The position numbers and the translations under genes were made by a program. Source: Eledone cirrhosa (lineage: Eukaryota). Taken from it: a DNA stretch of 64,000 nt. The DNA lies in assembly GCA_964016885.1 (NCBI GenBank), contig OZ024758.1, positions 4,464,001 through 4,528,000 of the forward strand. Reading direction: 5' to 3'. Of this stretch, positions 26,935 through 39,799 are shown piece by piece; position 1 is the stretch's first letter; each line of letters begins with the position of its first letter. The notes under the pieces were generated by a model that saw nothing but the letters and a program-made list of their open reading frames with translations, was not told the DNA's origin and made no database searches.

Positions 26935-27216
26935 TATTTGTTCCGTCTCTCTGGGTTCAAATCCCACCGAAGTCAACTTTGCCTTTCATCCTTTCGGGTC
27001 GGTAAGAAAGTACCAGTCTAGTACTGGGGTGGAGGCTTCCTCTATATCTCTTTCTCATTTCCTCTCTCTCTCATTCTATCTTTCTCTAGAAGAAATCTGC
27101 TGTACTCAGGCCTGGAGAAGGATCGGCTCCGCCAGGCTAAAATGACCAAGAAACACCGAATGGCAATACAGCGCCCCTGCCAATATATCAGGAGTTACGG
27201 GACCATACATACATAC
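26935..27216 (+). mobile_element. S1-core SINE with an alternative tail (S1b), ending (CATA)n
   Basis: GGTTCAAATCCCACCGAAGTCAACTTTGCCTTTCATCC, followed by the tail shared with 23280-23410. Confidence 0.65.
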
Positions 27217-28119
27217 CCCTAAAAGCTATATAGTCACGACTGGAATATATATATGTATATGTCCGCTCGAGCAGTGACGAGTATGTGTTAACCTGTACCA
27301 ACAAGTTTAGTTAACACATCTTACTATCAAATAGTATACATATACTCTTCAAAGCAAACTAATATATTTATATTTACCGACACACGTAATATATCGCTAT
27401 TTACATCGCATTTTATTTCTTTACTTTTGTAATTAGCATATTTGATTGTACATTCAATAGTTTTTGCATCTTCTTACATATATGCATTCACTATTATTTC
27501 TGCGTAGATTAATTTCCATCGTTGTTCCTTATAATTTAATGTTACTTAAACAACTGAAGCAATATACATAAAAGCTATCGTGTCGGTTTGATTATACGAC
27601 TGAATGCACTTAAAAGAAATTAAGTTTTCGAAATGAAAATTGTTAAATTCATATATTGGTGATGTTTCCATATTATTTGTTGATGCTTATATCTCCTTTA
27701 CATTTTTTTTATTTATGTATGTGTGTATTGCACGCATAATGTTAACAGTGTGAATGCGTTGCTATTTTTTTAGTATATCTTTTGAATAAACCACGTTTAT
27801 ATTTTATTGATAATATATTCAGCAATCTATCTACATACCGCCATTGATTTTCACTAGCTGACCTCATTTGTTCATTTGCGAAAGAACTAATGGATATTAC
27901 GTAGTTGATGAAACCAAACATTTTCGAATAGATTCCCTGCGGAAAATATTTGATCACCTTTAATACTGCAACATATACTTGAGTACGCAAACAATGTAAA
28001 TTTCTTTTATTATATTCTTATTACCGAGAAGATGGTTTTCGATAAACAACGCTGTTTGTCGCCATTAGAGACTCATTACGACCACTAAATATTGAAAGAT
28101 AGCATTAATGAAATGACCA

Positions 28120-28139
28120 TATATATATATATATATATA

Positions 28140-28225
<86 letters not shown>

Positions 28226-28421
28226 GTGTATAGATATATATACCGTGTATATATATATATATACCGTGTATATATATATATACTGTGTATATATATATAT
28301 ACTGTGTATATATATATACTGTGTATATATATATACTGTGTATATATATATACTGTGTATATATATATATTGTGTATATATATATATTGTGTATATATAT
28401 ATATTGTGTATATATATATAT

Positions 28422-28453
<32 letters not shown>

Positions 28454-28470
28454 CTGTGTATATATATATA

Positions 28471-28501
<31 letters not shown>

Positions 28502-28502
28502 C

Positions 28503-28533
<31 letters not shown>

Positions 28534-28628
28534 TGTGTATATATATATATTGTGTATATATATATATATATATATATATACTGTCTATATATATATATAT
28601 ATATATATATACCGTGTATATATATATA

Positions 28629-28661
<33 letters not shown>

Positions 28662-28662
28662 C

Positions 28663-28697
<35 letters not shown>

Positions 28698-28712
28698 TGT
28701 ATATATATATAC

Positions 28713-28743
<31 letters not shown>

Positions 28744-29024
28744 CGTGTATATATATATACTGTGTATATATATATATATATATATACCGTGTATATATAT
28801 ATACTGTGTATATATATATACTGTGTATATATATATATATATATATACCGTGTATATATATATACTGTGTATATATATATACTGTGTATATATATATATA
28901 TATACTGTCTATATATATATATATATATATACTGTCTATATATATATATATATACTGTCTATATATATATATATATACTGTCTATATATATATATATACT
29001 GTCTATATATATATATATATATAC

Positions 29025-29057
<33 letters not shown>

Positions 29058-29325
29058 TGTCTATATATATATATATACTGTCTATATATATATATATATA
29101 TACTGTCTATATATATATATATATATACTGTCTATATATATATATATATATATACTGTCTATATATATATATATATATATACTGTCTATATATATATATA
29201 TATATATACTGTCTATATATATATATACTGTGTATATATATATATATATACTGTGTATATATATATATACTGTGTATATATATATATACTGTGTATATAC
29301 TGTGTATTTATATATATATACTGTG
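28120..29325. repeat. 1.2-kb compound minisatellite [C(T/C)GT(G/C)(TA)n]x~55
   Basis: Direct reading. It explains the 350-415 aa pseudo-ORFs. Confidence 0.95.
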
Positions 29326-29354
29326 AGAGTGACTGTTAGAAGGGGTAAAGGGAA

Positions 29355-29388
<34 letters not shown>

Positions 29389-29700
29389 AAAGTAAGTCCA
29401 TAGAATCATTTGATAAAATATATACAGTATTTCTTCTCCCAATCACCATAATCAACCACATAAAAAAAAATCAATTAAACGAGGCTATAAGTTTAAAATG
29501 TACTTATGAAGAAACAATAGATAAATAAATGATAGCTATTTTATCCGCGATCCACAGCCACAGAAGATTTACCTAGTATTTCTAATAGCCCGTAGAAATT
29601 GACTAGACATATAGTTAACCATACACAATTAGGTACAAAATCAAAGTTAGAAGAAAAAAATGTACATAAACATACCAAAACCATGTGTCGAAACAAATAT

Positions 29701-30147
29701 TATACTTGGGGAAGGTCATATTGTTGTAATACTATTGCCAGAAATAATAACAGAACACTCACTGTTTTCGCTTCTGTATCTTTTATATCTCCATAGTTAA
29801 TTGTTTTGCCAATCAATGTTTATCATTGATTGACCAGCGATTAAAAATACATATATATATATATAGTCTATCATAATTCCTCTTATTGTATTGCATAGAC
29901 ATACAATACAATAGGAGGAAATATAATAGTACCACTGATGATGTTGCAGGTGTGCAACGAAAGAACTTTGATAGACTATATATATTTATATCTGTATTTT
30001 TAACCGCTGGATAAACATTGATTGCCAAATAAATTAACTATGGAGATATAAAAGATACGAAGCGGAAACCAACCAAACAGGGAGTGTGTTATTGTTTCTG
30101 TTATTATTTCTGGCAATATTACAACAATATGACCCTCCCCAAGTATA
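29701..30147. mobile_element. Fold-back Penelope-like pLTR element (family H-C)
   Basis: Imperfect ~170-bp inverted arms (TATACTTGGGG.. / ..CCCCAAGTATA) with a hammerhead at the loop/right-arm junction. A related copy lies at 62150-62350. Confidence 0.65.
29926..29979 (+). ncRNA. Minimal type-I hammerhead ribozyme motif
   Basis: UACCA-CUGAUGA-U-GUUGCA(GGUG)UGCAAC-GAA-AGAACU-U-UGAUA. Intact core and a perfect 6-bp stem II. Confidence 0.7.
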
Positions 30148-31554
30148 GCAATATATATATATATATATATATATATCTTTATATAAATATATACTCAAAT
30201 AGACGCACAACATTTTGTGCTTCTCTTTCTAACTTATAACATACTTCTATATATCTTTAACATTTATCTTTTTTACTTTTTCTCTCCCACCTACCCTATC
30301 TTTTTCTCCCTTTCCCCTTCTTTCCAGTTTTATACACATTTCCGAACCAATCCTTCCCACTCAGTCGTTTTCCCCCACAGGTCCTTCTCTTTCTTTATAT
30401 CTTCATCTATCTAACCCTAGTTTTTTTTACACTCAAGCTAAATATTTTCTACCTATATGTTGCTTTCCTTCACTCATTCCCTTTCTGTCACTTTTTCTTT
30501 TTTCACACTTCTCTAAATCTATATCTGTCTCCATTGCACTACATCCAAAGTTTGAATCATCAATCTACTCCTTATTTCACTCATTCTTACCACTTTTCCG
30601 CATGATAATTCCTAGAGCAATAAATTTTCATTTAGCACTCAATGAAACCATTTTTTAATCGTCCATTTGAAAAATACGCATACTTATTGGAAATTTTATT
30701 TTCGTATCTCTTTCAATCTCCCATTCCTGTCTTAGCTTCTTTCAATGTTTCTTACTTTCACTATTTTCTCACTTTTTCTTTCTCACTTTCATTCTTTCTT
30801 CCAATCTTGTGTCGCAATTTCACTTGAAGCCTCATGTTAGACCATTGAGAGTTTATTTCAAATCTGTTATATGTTTTCTCCTTTGGTGAGATGAAATGTT
30901 CTATAATTTAAAGTAAAGAAAAAAGGAGAGAGAGAGAAAGAGAGAGAGAGAATTTTCTGACATTAAACCTTTACCACTAACACCAGTGGCTTAAGTGAAG
31001 CGAATTTGATTTCAACTGGAGAAAAACTACATAGACAATTCAATTAACTAAGATTTCATGGCTTCATCTTCATGAATAGTGTTTGTGGATTACTTTACGA
31101 ATTTATGTGACATTGCAGAGATTGGGTATATTTATAATCCAAAACATTCAATCCTGCCCATGACGTTTTTGCTTTTTGTTTTTATCTTCGGTTTTTGAAT
31201 TTTTCAGATAATTTATCTTGGATTACATCATCCATTACGTCCTTTATTTTGAAGATGGTACGGTGTTATGTAATAGTATTTTTAGCAATGCGAACATAAC
31301 TGTTGCTTTTGTTCTGGATTAACCTCAGAACCATCGCTTAGCATCTGGTCTTCTACTTTATAGTTAAAGAAGTCCTAGAAACACCTCGACTACTGTTTCC
31401 TTCTTTAAAGGAGATAAGTTGTGATCTGAAAGGAGATGGGGTGCTATCTCTAGCAGATCAGGTGACTGTGTAGTAGCTTCTTGCTAAGTCGGTTTACATT
31501 GGTTGCATATATAGTATAATATTCCAGTTTTTGACTGGCTATGATAATGAAATA

Positions 31555-31766
31555 TTGATTTCCAGTATAGGAACAAGGCCAGTAATTCGGGTGGAGGGGA
31601 AAGTCGATTAAATCGACCCCAGTACGTTACTGGTACTTTATTTTATCGACCCCGTAAGGATGAAAGGCAAAGTTAACCTCGGCGGGATTTGAACTCAGAC
31701 CGTAAAGGACCGTAACTCTATGCTGCAAAGCATGGTGTCCGACTCTCTACCGATACTGCCAATCCA
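31555..31766 (-). mobile_element. SINE S1 (longer-tail variant)
   Basis: S1 head and core plus the segment GGGGAAAGTCGATTAAATCGACCCC. Confidence 0.88.
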
Positions 31767-31944
31767 TGAAACATTGATAAAAAAAACTAATCACAAAATT
31801 CTATAATTAGAATTTGCTGTCGGTTTGGCTTTATCAAGAGTTGGCGAATTATTGTGCAATCAATCCTCATAGAAAAACTAACAAATCTAAATTAATTTGA
31901 AATTAATATGTTGCTATGTTTAGTATTACAGTAAGATACAAGAA

Positions 31945-32200
31945 AGCGGGTGGCTCTGTGTTTACATTATTCGGATCACAATCGTAAGGTCGTGGGTTCG
32001 ATTCCCGGCTTCGCGTTGCTCCAGTCAAGCCAGTTGGCAAAAATGAGTTGTGTCTGTAATTTGAAGGGCTATACTTGCCATATTCTGTGTCACGCTGAAT
32101 CTCTCCTAGAATTACGTCAAGGGTACGTCTGTGGAATGCTCAGTTGATTTCACGAACAGGCTGTTCCGTTGTTCAATCAACTGGAACAATCCACGAGAGT
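31945..32200 (+). mobile_element. Second tRNA-derived SINE family (S2)
   Basis: GTGGCTCTGTGTTTA..ATCGTAAGGTCGTGGGTTCGATTCCCGG. A related head lies at 54860-54945 (-). Confidence 0.6.
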
Positions 32201-33559
32201 GCTAGTACAGTATTAGGTCATCAAGTATGAAATTTAGAGAAATTTGTGGAAAAAAAATGTGTATAAATGATACAAGAGGACTGGTCTTTTCGACGAAAGT
32301 TCATTTATGGAAATTCTAAATCTTGTGTTGGTGGTTTTTTCCCTATATACACAGATATATGTAAGAATATTTCAATATATCAATACCATACCATTCATCC
32401 ATTAAATATAGTCCACTTCTACGCTAATTACACCGAATTATATTTCTCCACATTGAATCCATTAAGAGAGACCTCAAAATATTCGTGTCTGATCAGACCA
32501 ATCTTATCCACTTCAACAGCGAACATACGCAATCACCGAAAATATCAGTTAAACATTATCCTTCCAAAAACAAAAGTAATATGTCAGACGAAAACTCGTA
32601 ATGAATATATACGCTAGGGATCCCCCATCATTGTAAATCGATGATGAAATATGATTAATTTATATGTCCTGACGTTAAAAACTGATGTGGATTACCGTAT
32701 GAAATATTGAACTCAGGACTCTCAGGAAACGGAATAGAACAACTTTATACTGTCGTGAAATGTGAGATATTTATCTATTTAAGTCAACCAAAGTAGGGAG
32801 AGTGAAGTGAGAAGACTAGATAAAACACCAAAGTTTTGACTTACTCTATGAAGGAAAGTTTGTGTAAGCCAATGTATTGGGGGTGGTGTGAGTTTGTTCT
32901 TACATGTGATTGCTTGTTTTTGAGAACATATGTGTGTGTATGTGTGTATATGTGTGTATATGTGTCTGTGTGTGTGTGTGTGTGTCTGTGTGTGTCTGTG
33001 TGTGTATGTGTGTGTATGTGTATATTTGAGAACATGTGTGTGCGCATGTATGTGTGCGTGTGTGTGGATGGAGGGAGGTTCATATGTGGGTGTTTTTTTT
33101 TTAGAACACATGTTCGTACGTTCGCATGTGTGTTGACGGCAGGGTGAGTATGTTCGTGTTTGCAGTTGTGCGTGTGTTCCAAAACACAAGTGTGTACGTT
33201 TGTATGTGCGTATGAGGGCGAGATAAGAGTGTTCGTGTAAGTGCCAGCGTGAGTTTGAAAACACATGACTGTAATTTTCTATGTGTGTATAAATTATTAG
33301 GAAGATTAAAATAGAAAATCTATCTTTTCCCACCAGGAGTCTGTAAATGAGGATATAGATATATAAAGATTATTTAATCCGTGTTTCGATGAAAAGCGAA
33401 TAAACGAATGGAGAAGGAGAATAAATCTAGACCAGCAAATATAATGAGGAAAACTAAAATTAAAACATACATTCACATACAATGATGTAATAAAGAAAAA
33501 ACGAAATCTGTGTAATGAAACCTAGAGAAAACTGTTGGAGTTGTTGATAGAAGAATCTG

Positions 33560-33772
33560 CGCTGACAATATAGCATACATACACATATACATATATACAC
33601 ATACATATATACACACACTATGTATTTTGTGACGAGAAATTAACACACACACGACCACACACACACAATTTGACGAGAAATTAAAACATATACCCAGATA
33701 TACAAATTTATATACATACATATACATATGTGATGAGAAATTAAAACATATATACACATATACATACACACA

Positions 33773-33807
<35 letters not shown>

Positions 33808-33972
33808 AAAAGATAAAACACACATATACACACACACACACATTATATATATATATATATATATGATGAAAAGATAAAACACACATATACACACACACAC
33901 ACATTATATATATATATATATATATATATGTGATCAAAAATTAAAACATACATCCACATATACATACATATA

Positions 33973-34025
<53 letters not shown>

Positions 34026-34450
34026 TGAGAAATTAAAACATACACCCACAAATACATACATACATACATACATATATATATATAATGAGAAATTAAAACA
34101 CACACATATAAATACACACACACACATATATATATATATGATGAAAAATTAAAACACTCACATATACATATATATACATATATATATATATATATGGTGA
34201 GAAATTTAAACATACTCCCACATATACATATATTTATATACATATATATATAAATATAATTGTTTCTACTTTTGGCACAGGGCCAGCAATTACCCAGTGT
34301 ATTACTGGTACTTTATTTGATCAACCCTGTAAGGATGAAAGGCAAAGTTAACCTCAGCGGGATTTGAACTCAGAATGGCAAGGGCCGTAACTTTATGTGT
34401 CAAAGCATGGCGTCCAACCCTCTACCGATACTGCCAATCCACCACCCTCA

Positions 34451-34486
<36 letters not shown>

Positions 34487-34510
34487 TATATAATGAGAAA
34501 TTAAAATATA
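33560..34510. repeat. Minisatellite [GAYGAGAAATTAAAACA(YA)n]x~12, interrupted by a SINE
   Basis: A conserved ~17-nt anchor with microsatellite spacers. Confidence 0.85.
34256..34445 (-). mobile_element. SINE S1, full length
   Basis: Near-consensus copy. Confidence 0.9.
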
Positions 34511-36637
34511 TACACATATACATACACACACATTTTTGTGTATCACAAAATTTGTTTGTCTCGGCTGTAGATGCCCGGGTTATGAACACAATCTATGTCT
34601 ATACATATATACTGGATGGTTCCAGTATTTCCCGGTAGATTAATTAGTAGCAATTTATACACATACATACATATACTTTTATATACATACATACATACTT
34701 TTATACACACCCACACATACATATACTTTTATCCTCACACACACATATACACATATCCTTTACACGCACACATACATACATATATACATATGCTTTTATA
34801 CACACACACATACATACATATATACTTTTATAAATAAAAACCCACATACATACATATACACTTTTATAAACAAACACATACATATATATATATATATATA
34901 TACTTTTATACACTCACACATACATACATATATACATATAGGTTTATACACACACACATATATATATATATACCTTTATACACTCACACACATACGTTTA
35001 TACACACACACACACACACACCACGCATACATACTTATACCTTCAACCATAAATCTGCGTGCGAGCATGTATATATAAACATATATCCATGTATCTATGC
35101 ATGTATTCGTTATAATATGTTTTTCTTTGTATGTTCGCACGTATAACAATACAGTGGAAAGAATGAAGATAAAATTGATTATGTGGAAAAGAAAACAAAT
35201 GATAGAAAACTCAATACGTGCGAATACTTTATGTAAAGAAAACAATGAGTATTAAAGAAGAGAATCTCCTCCACACTCCATCCCTTAAAAAAAAAATCAA
35301 GAAATAATGTTAGAAAAATTATATAAAATGAAAACAGAAATTGAAAAGTACATGTAAGAAAATGAAAGAAAAATGTTCACTAGAGTTGAAGATTCCGAGA
35401 AAGTATACGAACGAATATTCGAGTAAGAGAGAAAGGGAAAGAAAAACAAAATGAATAATAAATGAATAAATAAAATGAAATAAGTGCCTCTAGAATGAGG
35501 AATTGAAGGAGACAAAAAGAAGAGTTGCTTGGTTTTGTTGTTTTTGTTTATTTCTTTGTTATAATTTGTCCTTTTTTGCTTCTTCTTATTCCGAGGAGGA
35601 GGAGGTAAAAAAATTAAAAGACACATTCACATTAGCTAAAAAGATTGGGGGAAGTATGGCGGATGGTAGCAAGAGGAGAAGATTGTAAAAAGGAGGAAAT
35701 GAGTAGAGAAAAGCAATATATGTACGTTTTTTTTTTCTTCGTTTTTTCACTTATTTATTTATTTAGTTAGATATTTTTACCGAATAACTGGGTGCTATGA
35801 GGAACAGAACAATGGCTGCAAAAGAAGATGCGAAAATATATCGAACCTCTTAATGATGAGGTCGTCAGAATGGTTGAGCAATTATGATTTCATATCGATC
35901 TAAAGAGGTTAGATTTAATTCATGTTATGACTTATACAAGATATGCGCTAGAAGTTTCTTATATTTTTTTCCTTGCTTTTTTTCATTTCTCCCTTTCTTT
36001 GTTATGCTGTGGCATCTTCCTTGCCATGATAAAAGCTAGAAATAAAAGCTGTGACGTCATTTTCACAATGTCAGCTTAGAAGAACATAGGAGCTGCATGA
36101 AAAGATAATTATGGTAAACTATTGATAAAAATTGTTTTTCTTTATATAAAACTACCGTGAAAATAAAAATGAGTACAAAAAAAAAATGGATGAAATCAAT
36201 AATTTTTAATGTTTTTAAACGTAAATTATAAAGCAAACAATATTAAATATGATTCCAGCAACTTAACTAGGATTTATCATGAAGATACCGTCGTCAGAAT
36301 TATATAACCTTCAAGTAATTATTTCTATCAAAGCCAACAAATACATAGTTTTTCTCCGAGTGATTCAATTGCTAATACTGGTTCGAATAAGAAAACTCCA
36401 ATATATAAATCACAGTGTGAGTTGTCCCATGACAAACGAAGCCTATTGGTCATCAGCGAAATTTACACACACATAAACACACATACATACACGTATGTAA
36501 GCGTATATTTACAGAGAGTGAGAGTTGATGGTCCGCCCAAAATGTATACACATATTTATTAGTATGCTGTTGAAGGGTTGGTACATACATTTCTTTCAAA
36601 GACCCTATATACATATATATGTATATAAAATATAGTA

Positions 36638-36940
36638 AAATAAATAAGTCAAATGTATAAAATTTAGCTTCGTTTATTACTGCTATATATATTTCGGTAA
36701 CAGCCATCTTTGGCTGTGACCTCTTCGGGCAGTCCGAATTAGTGTGGAAGAGGTCACAGCCAAAGATGGCTGTCACCGAAATATATATAGCAGTAATAAA
36801 CGAAGGTAAATTTTAAACATTTGAATTATTTATTTAACTTTATTTTACATTACTCCGGAGTAACCAAACCAACCTGCACACTTCGTCGAGTGCTCCAGCC
36901 TGCATACTGAAGTGTTGGTATACAACCAATATATACTCAA
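36638..36940. mobile_element. Fold-back Penelope-like pLTR element (family H-D)
   Basis: Arms ~36638-36726 and 36747-36835 with a 20-nt loop. Tail ACTCC..TCGAGTGCTC. Flanked by TA-rich repeats. Confidence 0.65.
36680..36732 (-). ncRNA. Minimal type-I hammerhead motif (U4C core variant)
   Basis: CUGC-CCGAAGA-GGUCACAGCC(AAAGAU)GGCUGUUACC-GAA-AUAUAUAU-A-GCAG, followed by UAAUAAA. Confidence 0.65.
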
Positions 36941-36946
36941 AATCTA

Positions 36947-36975
<29 letters not shown>

Positions 36976-36978
<3 letters not shown>

Positions 36979-37173
36979 GGAACAAGTAAGACCCCGACGG
37001 CTGAGCTCAAGCCGTTTCGACGGCTAATTCTGTAGAGTACAGAATTAGCCGTCGAAACGGCTTGAGCTCAGCCGTCGGGGTCTTACTTGTTCCTATTACC
37101 CACTCTACTACCCTAAGTATTGAGTACTTTGGTGCGTTATGGTCCGCCTCGTACCTTACCACATTTCCTTCGT
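36976..37173. mobile_element. Fold-back element, family H-A: perfect 59-bp palindrome with the 3' half of a hammerhead
   Basis: Arms 36976-37034 and 37038-37096, loop GAG. Contains GAA-ACGGCU(UGAGCUC)AGCCGU-C-GGGG (GUC triplet). Flanked by (TA)n. Confidence 0.7.
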
Positions 37174-37196
37174 TATATATATATATATATATATAT

Positions 37197-37291
37197 ATTA
37201 TTATTATGTACTAAACAACATAAGGCAATTATTCCATAAACCACTGGTAAATGGAATAATTGCCTTATGTTGTTTAGTACATAATAATAAT
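37197..37291. repeat. Perfect 41-bp inverted repeat with a 13-nt loop
   Basis: ATTATTATTATGTAC..ATTCCAT / ATGGAAT..GTACATAATAATAAT, between (TA)n tracts. Confidence 0.85.
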
Positions 37292-37356
37292 AATTAAGCT
37301 CTGTTGCATACATAGAGCACTCTTTTTTCCTGGACTTTTCCGATGGAATTACTTCA

Positions 37357-37405
<49 letters not shown>

Positions 37406-37410
<5 letters not shown>

Positions 37411-37820
37411 GAAAATGCGGTCTCCAACTACAACACGGCTCCAACAGCCTAGAGTCAGCAGCTAGGGAAACCGCCGCAAGCCTACCTGGCTAATCAACTT
37501 GCTTTAGAAGGGAAAAAATAGACTCACCAGGCTGGATGTCTTCTGTAATATTTTTCTTCGCGGTTCACATCGACTATTCAAATCACTGACTGATCTCACT
37601 GACAACCTCGCAACAACTCCTTGCATTGGCAACTCAACCGGTTTAAATAGCCATAAAAACCCGTGAAAGCCATAAAGACCCGTGCATCATGCTTCAAGTT
37701 AATGCTGGGAACCATTGTCCGTTTTTCCTCGCTTTATTTTGTAGATCTGAGGAGCAGTGTTTCCAATTCCAGTGATAACATTTGCACCTGATGATTGACT
37801 TCACAATCTCCTTCGTAACA
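37406..37820. mobile_element. Candidate solo LTR (415 bp) in (TA)n
   Basis: Termini TGTTGGAA...TTCGTAACA and flanks ATAT/CTAT. Confidence 0.55.
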
Positions 37821-38390
37821 CTATATATATATATATACATATATATATACATATGTGTATGTATATATATATATACATACATATATACATATATATACAT
37901 ACATATATACATATATATACATACATATATACATACATATATATATATACATACATATATACATATACATATATATACATATATATACATATATATACAT
38001 ATATACATATACATATATATACATATATATACATATATACATATACATATATATACATATATATACATATATATACATATATATACATATATACATATAT
38101 ACATATATACATATACACATATATACATATACACATATATACATATACACATATATACATATATATATACATATATATACATATACACATATATACATAT
38201 ATATATACATATATATACATATATACATATATATACACATATACATATATATACACATATATACATATATATATACATATATATACATATATACATATAT
38301 ACATATATATATACACATATATACATATATATATACATACATATATATATACATATATATATACATATATATATATACATATATATATAC

Positions 38391-38424
<34 letters not shown>
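37821..38424. repeat. (CATATA)n-type microsatellite
   Basis: Direct reading of the sequence. Confidence 0.95.
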
Positions 38425-38425
<1 letters not shown>

Positions 38426-38545
38426 ACAAAGGAATTGTGGTAAGGAACCAAATGGACCATAACGCACCAGGGTAATCAATACTTAGAGTAGTAGAGTGGG
38501 AAATAGCTTGAGCTCTGCCGTCGGGGTCATACTTGTTCCTATATA
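38425..38545. mobile_element. Rearranged family H-A pLTR fragment
   Basis: An inverted tail segment joined to forward AGCTTGAGCTCTGCCGTCGGGGTC..GTTCCTAT; same layout as 3825-3945. Confidence 0.6.
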
Positions 38546-39799
38546 TATATATAACATGAATTCTAACAATGAGAACATTATTAACTACATAAGAAGTGAA
38601 ATAGTCTTAATTTGAAAATTAATGTTACTAACAAAGTTTACTACATCATCGACAGTGGTTTGAATCAGTAGAGTGCTGGACACAATAGATAACCACTTTT
38701 AAATACGTCACCTTAGATTGCTGACGTCGGCATTGCTTTACACCGTTAAGGTGTCGATAAATAAATTATCAGGAAATTACTTGACTCGATTTAATCGACT
38801 ATAACCAACGCAGAAAATATTTGGCCTTCTGTCAATTGTAAAAAATGTCATGCTTTCATTTGATAGGTTATAAATTCTTCTTGTAATATATTAGATTTAC
38901 ATTCAACCCAAGTTATTCCTCATCTTAATACTATTTGGAATAGGATAACTGCTTCTAAGGTAATATATTATTTGCTAAACATAACTTTAAGATTTTCTAT
39001 GTCTGCTATTTCGAAATGAAGTTGTTTTATGTCACAGTTAAATGCATGCCTGGATTGTAAATTAATTTATAGAGTTTTTCAGAAATCAGCCCCATTGGAG
39101 ACGTTAACCATTATCCGTCATAGCTCAGCTCTAGACTAGGATTTGGAAATCACGTGAACAAAAACCACTGCATAGTTTTAAGCAGACTCTTATCGATTTC
39201 TAGTATCGTATATGTTTGTCAAATTCAGAAAAATTCTTTCCATTCGCGAGATTTCCATTACGATCCTCCAGCACAGAATTTGATCAAATATATTCTAACA
39301 TAAACTTCGGTTTACGCAAAGCTTATGACAGGAAATTGGTAGATAAATCTGATTAAATGAAAGAAGTAGACGTGCTCTATGAGGTTTATTGTAAGTCAAA
39401 AATCTACCAAAACTTTTCCTGTCCTTTGTCGAATCGGTCTTTCTGTGTAACCCATTGCAGCTCTGCTTAACATCTGTCTCTAACCTGTTCAGACCACCAT
39501 CTACAAACATACCAACACAGAGGTTAGTTACCATTCTTCCGTCCCCGACACACTTCAATATCATTTATCTAACGCACAAATTACTCACTCCGCCTTGCTA
39601 ATACGTTTATTCTGTTCCCCCTTCACCAAGTTCGTAGTTAAATTTCCTCACAACACTACATTAGGTCATCTCAAACACCGACATATGCAATTCTTATTCA
39701 ATGTCGTTGCATTCTTTGACGCTTTACTACATTACTAAATACCCGTGAAACATATAAATATAAACCAGCTCCGAACACAAAGGAACCAAGCTCTCACTT

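Noticed and set aside
36320-36425. Open frame NYFYQSQQIHSFSPSDS.. ending near a GTGAGT donor
   Set aside because: The acceptor is weak and there is no recognisable homology.
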